Shown piece by piece: positions 30,901 through 32,000 of a stretch of DNA of 32,000 nucleotides. The notes beneath the pieces were generated by a model. That model was given only the letters and a program-made list of their open reading frames with translations, ran no database searches and had not been told where the DNA came from. The position numbers were made by a program, and so were the translations under genes. The stretch is from NCBI RefSeq assembly GCF_054356925.1, contig NZ_CM135959.1; one strand, given 5' to 3'. The first letter of the stretch is position 1, and each line of letters starts with the position of its first letter.

Positions 30901-32000
30901 TGGCTGGCACCGACCCGTCAGAAACGGGAAGCTGGGTTGAATCAGGTGGCGTGTATACCACAACCCGTATGGCGACGATTGCCAGTACCAATCAGCACGC
31001 CAACCTGCAATTGCAGACGTGGAGTGATGGTGTAACGTCAGATCGCTATGACATACAATCCGGTTCTCCGGCGCAAGCTACATCAACTATCGCCACGGAT
31101 AAAAACGCATACACCGCTGGCGAGACTATAACCGTCGCCGTGACGCTGAAAGACGCGCACGGTAACCTGGTTGAAGGGGGCGAGTCCTTATTGTCTGGTG
31201 ATAACGTAACAGTAGAAGGAGCCGTACGTTCAGGAGGATGGTCTGAAACCGCCGGTGTTTATACTGCTACATGGTCGGCGCAAATGGCGGGAGACTCTCA
31301 CCACGCGACGCTGAAGTTGTCTGAGTGGAGCAGCAGTAAACAATCAGAGAGTTATTCCATCCACAGCGGTGCTCCGGTGCAGGCAAATTCTGCTATCAGG
31401 ACAGATAAATCGGCATATATCGCCGGGGAGCCATTAACCGTCACAATAACGTTGCGGGATGAGTTTGATAACCCTGCTTTAGGGCTGACATCAGAAGTCA
31501 TCGAGTCTTATATCGATAATTTTACGGTAGGCGGCGCAACTCACGATGCTATGCTGTGGGTCGAGCAGAATAATGGTGAATATACCATTGTCTGGACAGC
31601 ATGGGTTGCCGAGGAAAATCTGGTTGCCAGTCTGAAATTAAAAACATGGGCAGAGGAGATTAAGTCCTCGCTATACGGGATACAACCAGGTGCAGCGGCA
31701 AAAACTCAATCAACGATTGTCGCGGACAAAACGATATATATCGCTGGGGATAGCATAACGGTGACCGTTGTTCTTAAAGATGCCCAGGGTAACTTTATTA
31801 CTGATGGTGTTGTTCAGCTTAATGAGGAAAACGTACAAGTCAGGAATGCGGATCCTATCCAGGGCAATAATTGGGTTTACAACGGCAATGGTATATATCA
31901 AAGACAGTATATGGCGTATTTTGCGGAAGCGAACTTGAATGCGCAACTGAAGATGTCTGGTTGGAGCGATGCCAATTATTCAAATAGCTACATGATTAAA
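24966..32000 (+). CDS. YeeJ-like inverse autotransporter / intimin-invasin family adhesin, partial (2345 codons, open at window end)
   Basis: Frame read from ATG 24966 (MAGKAHGNGDRRGDNTICGLGDRLRRLTAGICLITQTIFPVMAAAP...) after an in-frame TGA at 24942. LysM (PYTLGALESPPTVAARFGITVDELRRLNQFRTFARGFDNVRQGDEIDVP), beta-domain (DWLSRWGTARVSLGVDEDFSLKSSSFEFLHPWYETPDN...), then many Ig-like modules. I followed the frame in several segments including the last bases and saw no stop. Absent from the ORF track because it is incomplete. Confidence 0.9.
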   Translation, partial: MAGKAHGNGDRRGDNTICGLGDRLRRLTAGICLITQTIFPVMAAAPTHINPAHSDTAASLILPNVKTIPYTLGALESPPTVAARFGITVDELRRLNQFRTFARGFDNVRQGDEIDVPLINSNSPEARNLKAMQMERDGKDPQMQVAEVAQQSGTLLARDMDSEQAASMARGWVASSASAQATDWLSRWGTARVSLGVDEDFSLKSSSFEFLHPWYETPDNLVFSQHTLHRTDDRTQTNHGIGWRYFTSSWMSGVNMFIDHDLTRYHTRTGMGVEYWHDYLKLSGNGYLRLSNWRSAPELDNDYEARPANGWDLRAEGWLPAWPQLGGKVVYEQYYGDEVALFGKDERQNDPHAITAGLSYTPVPLISFSAEQRQGKQGENDTRIGMELTLQPGHSLQKQLDPAEVAARRSLVGSRYDLVDRNNNIVLEYRKKELVRLTLTDPLKGKPGEVKSLVSSLQTKYALKGYDIEAASLQSAGGKVAVSGKDIQVTIPPYRFTAMPETDNTYPIAVTAEDSKGNFSRREESMVVVEKPTLSLADSTLSVDLQILLADGKSTSTLTYTARDSSGKPIPGMTLKTQAKGLQDFALSEWKDNGNGTYTQIVTAGKTSGALSLMPQFNGDDIAKTPALIAIVANTASRADSTIETDQDNYVAGKPIVVKVTLRDDNGNGVTGRKELLKQTVKVDNTKADAVSAWTEESEGIYKASYTAHLIGDKLTAQLTMPGWQTKHSDAFSIAGDKDTAKIAAMQITANNAVARRDHNTVAVTVRDVHQNLLQGQNVTFTVVNGAAVFADPNGGIVTTDKDGIASVNLASDQAVNSLIKAEINGSSQSVEVSFITGDISQLTSTIKTDDVSYTAGGKIKVSVTLMDEQKNLVKGMASLLAGSGVVEVSGTDKNETGNWSEESDGVYTTTRTAKIASDRHYATLKLSTWSSAQQSEAYAIRESGAVLAYSSIVTDKTTYTAGGAIKVTVTLKDSYENLVGGQRDAVNQAIQLPNTKAESIAWNEDQKGIYTATYTALLPGTGLKAQLQMSGWASALTSNDYSISGDAASAQIVAMQVTTGNPDVLANGSDRHTVNVRVEDQFGNVLPEQTVTFTVTKGAAVFANAGQSADIRTDAHGMAEVDLSSTVADASTVEAKVNQSSDSKTVNFVADVSTAQVAELVVTQDGSVADGSTANMLRVRVTDVFGNVLAGQTVSVTADNSATVAPTVITGPDGTVEISVTSQTAGTSAITASINNSSLSRNVTFVADVRTAKIADLVVIKDGSVADGATANTLQVKVTDANGNTLAGQTVSVTADNSAMVALTVITEPDGTVEISVTSQTAGTSTVTASINSSSLSRNVTFVADVSTAKIADLVVIQDNSVADGAMANTLRMRVTDAFGNTLGGQTVSVTADNSAMVASTVITGPDGTVEISVTSQTAGISTVTASINNSSLSRDVTFVADVRTAQIADLVVIKDGSEADGSTANTLRARVTDAFGNALAGQTVSVLADNGATTAPTVITEPDGTVEISVTSQTAGVSTVTASINSSSLSRNVTFVADVRTAQIAVLEVTQDYSVADGSTANTLRARVTDAFGNTLAGQTVSVTAGNGATVAPTAITGPDGTVEISVTSQTAGISTVTATINSSSQSRDVTFIADASTAQIADLVVIKDGSEADGSTENTLRVRVTDAFGNTLGGQTVSVLADNGATTAPMVITEPDGTVEISVTSQTAGTSTVTASINSSSLSRNVTFVADVRTAQIADLVVIKDGSEADGSTENTLRARVTDAFGNALAGQTVSVLADNGATVAPTVTTQPDGTVEISVTSQTAGVSAVTASINNSSLSQSVKFIADVSTAQIAMLEVTQDNAVADGSTANTLQVKVTDANGNTLAGQAVSVLAGNSATVASTVTTKPDGTVEISVTSQTAGTSTVTASINNSSQSQNVTFVPGDASQLTSTVETNKSNYTVGETITITVTLRDAFDNLVTGAASQLAANGVLTVAGTDPSETGSWVESGGVYTTTRMATIASTNQHANLQLQTWSDGVTSDRYDIQSGSPAQATSTIATDKNAYTAGETITVAVTLKDAHGNLVEGGESLLSGDNVTVEGAVRSGGWSETAGVYTATWSAQMAGDSHHATLKLSEWSSSKQSESYSIHSGAPVQANSAIRTDKSAYIAGEPLTVTITLRDEFDNPALGLTSEVIESYIDNFTVGGATHDAMLWVEQNNGEYTIVWTAWVAEENLVASLKLKTWAEEIKSSLYGIQPGAAAKTQSTIVADKTIYIAGDSITVTVVLKDAQGNFITDGVVQLNEENVQVRNADPIQGNNWVYNGNGIYQRQYMAYFAEANLNAQLKMSGWSDANYSNSYMIK
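28419..30749 (+). repeat. Eight tandem 97-aa bacterial Ig-like (Big_1-type) modules
   Basis: D(V/A)xTA module starts at 28419, 28710, 29001, 29292, 29583, 29874, 30165 and 30456: seven intervals of exactly 291 bp. The last unit is 294 bp because of a VPGD ending. Confidence 0.92.

Noticed and set aside
1-32000. CRISPR arrays, tRNA/rRNA genes, transposases or integrases
   Set aside because: No short direct repeats with unique spacers, no cloverleaf or rRNA sequence and no transposase/integrase-like product were noticed. The only large repeat array is the in-frame adhesin one.

Overview
The window is an enterobacterial chromosome segment whose protein sequences look Escherichia-like by recall. 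Backbone order: yidL (partial, -), yidK-yidJ (+), yidI (-), yidH-yidG-yidF (+), emrD (-), tisB (-)/istR (+), ivbL-ilvB-ilvN (+), uhpA-uhpB-uhpC-uhpT (+), ade (-), adeQ/yicO (+), yicN (+), a two-gene toxin-antitoxin-like locus (-), nepI (+). Two parts stand out as accessory. (1) Between ilvN and uhpA are two AT-rich genes of unknown function (10591-11886 and 12162-13631). They look like diverged paralogues: shared CCGV and CL(A/S)S...YY..(A/S)Q blocks, similar start contexts and similar 3' elements. They are the best candidate here for something undescribed. (2) From 24966 to the window end runs an uninterrupted reading frame that the supplied ORF track lacks, because no stop occurs before base 32000. 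It encodes a YeeJ-like inverse autotransporter (extended signal peptide, LysM, intimin/invasin-type beta-domain, many Ig-like modules). It includes an array of eight highly similar 97-aa (291 bp) modules in exact register with mosaic sequence blocks. Family assignments rest on remembered sequences and motifs, not on database searches.
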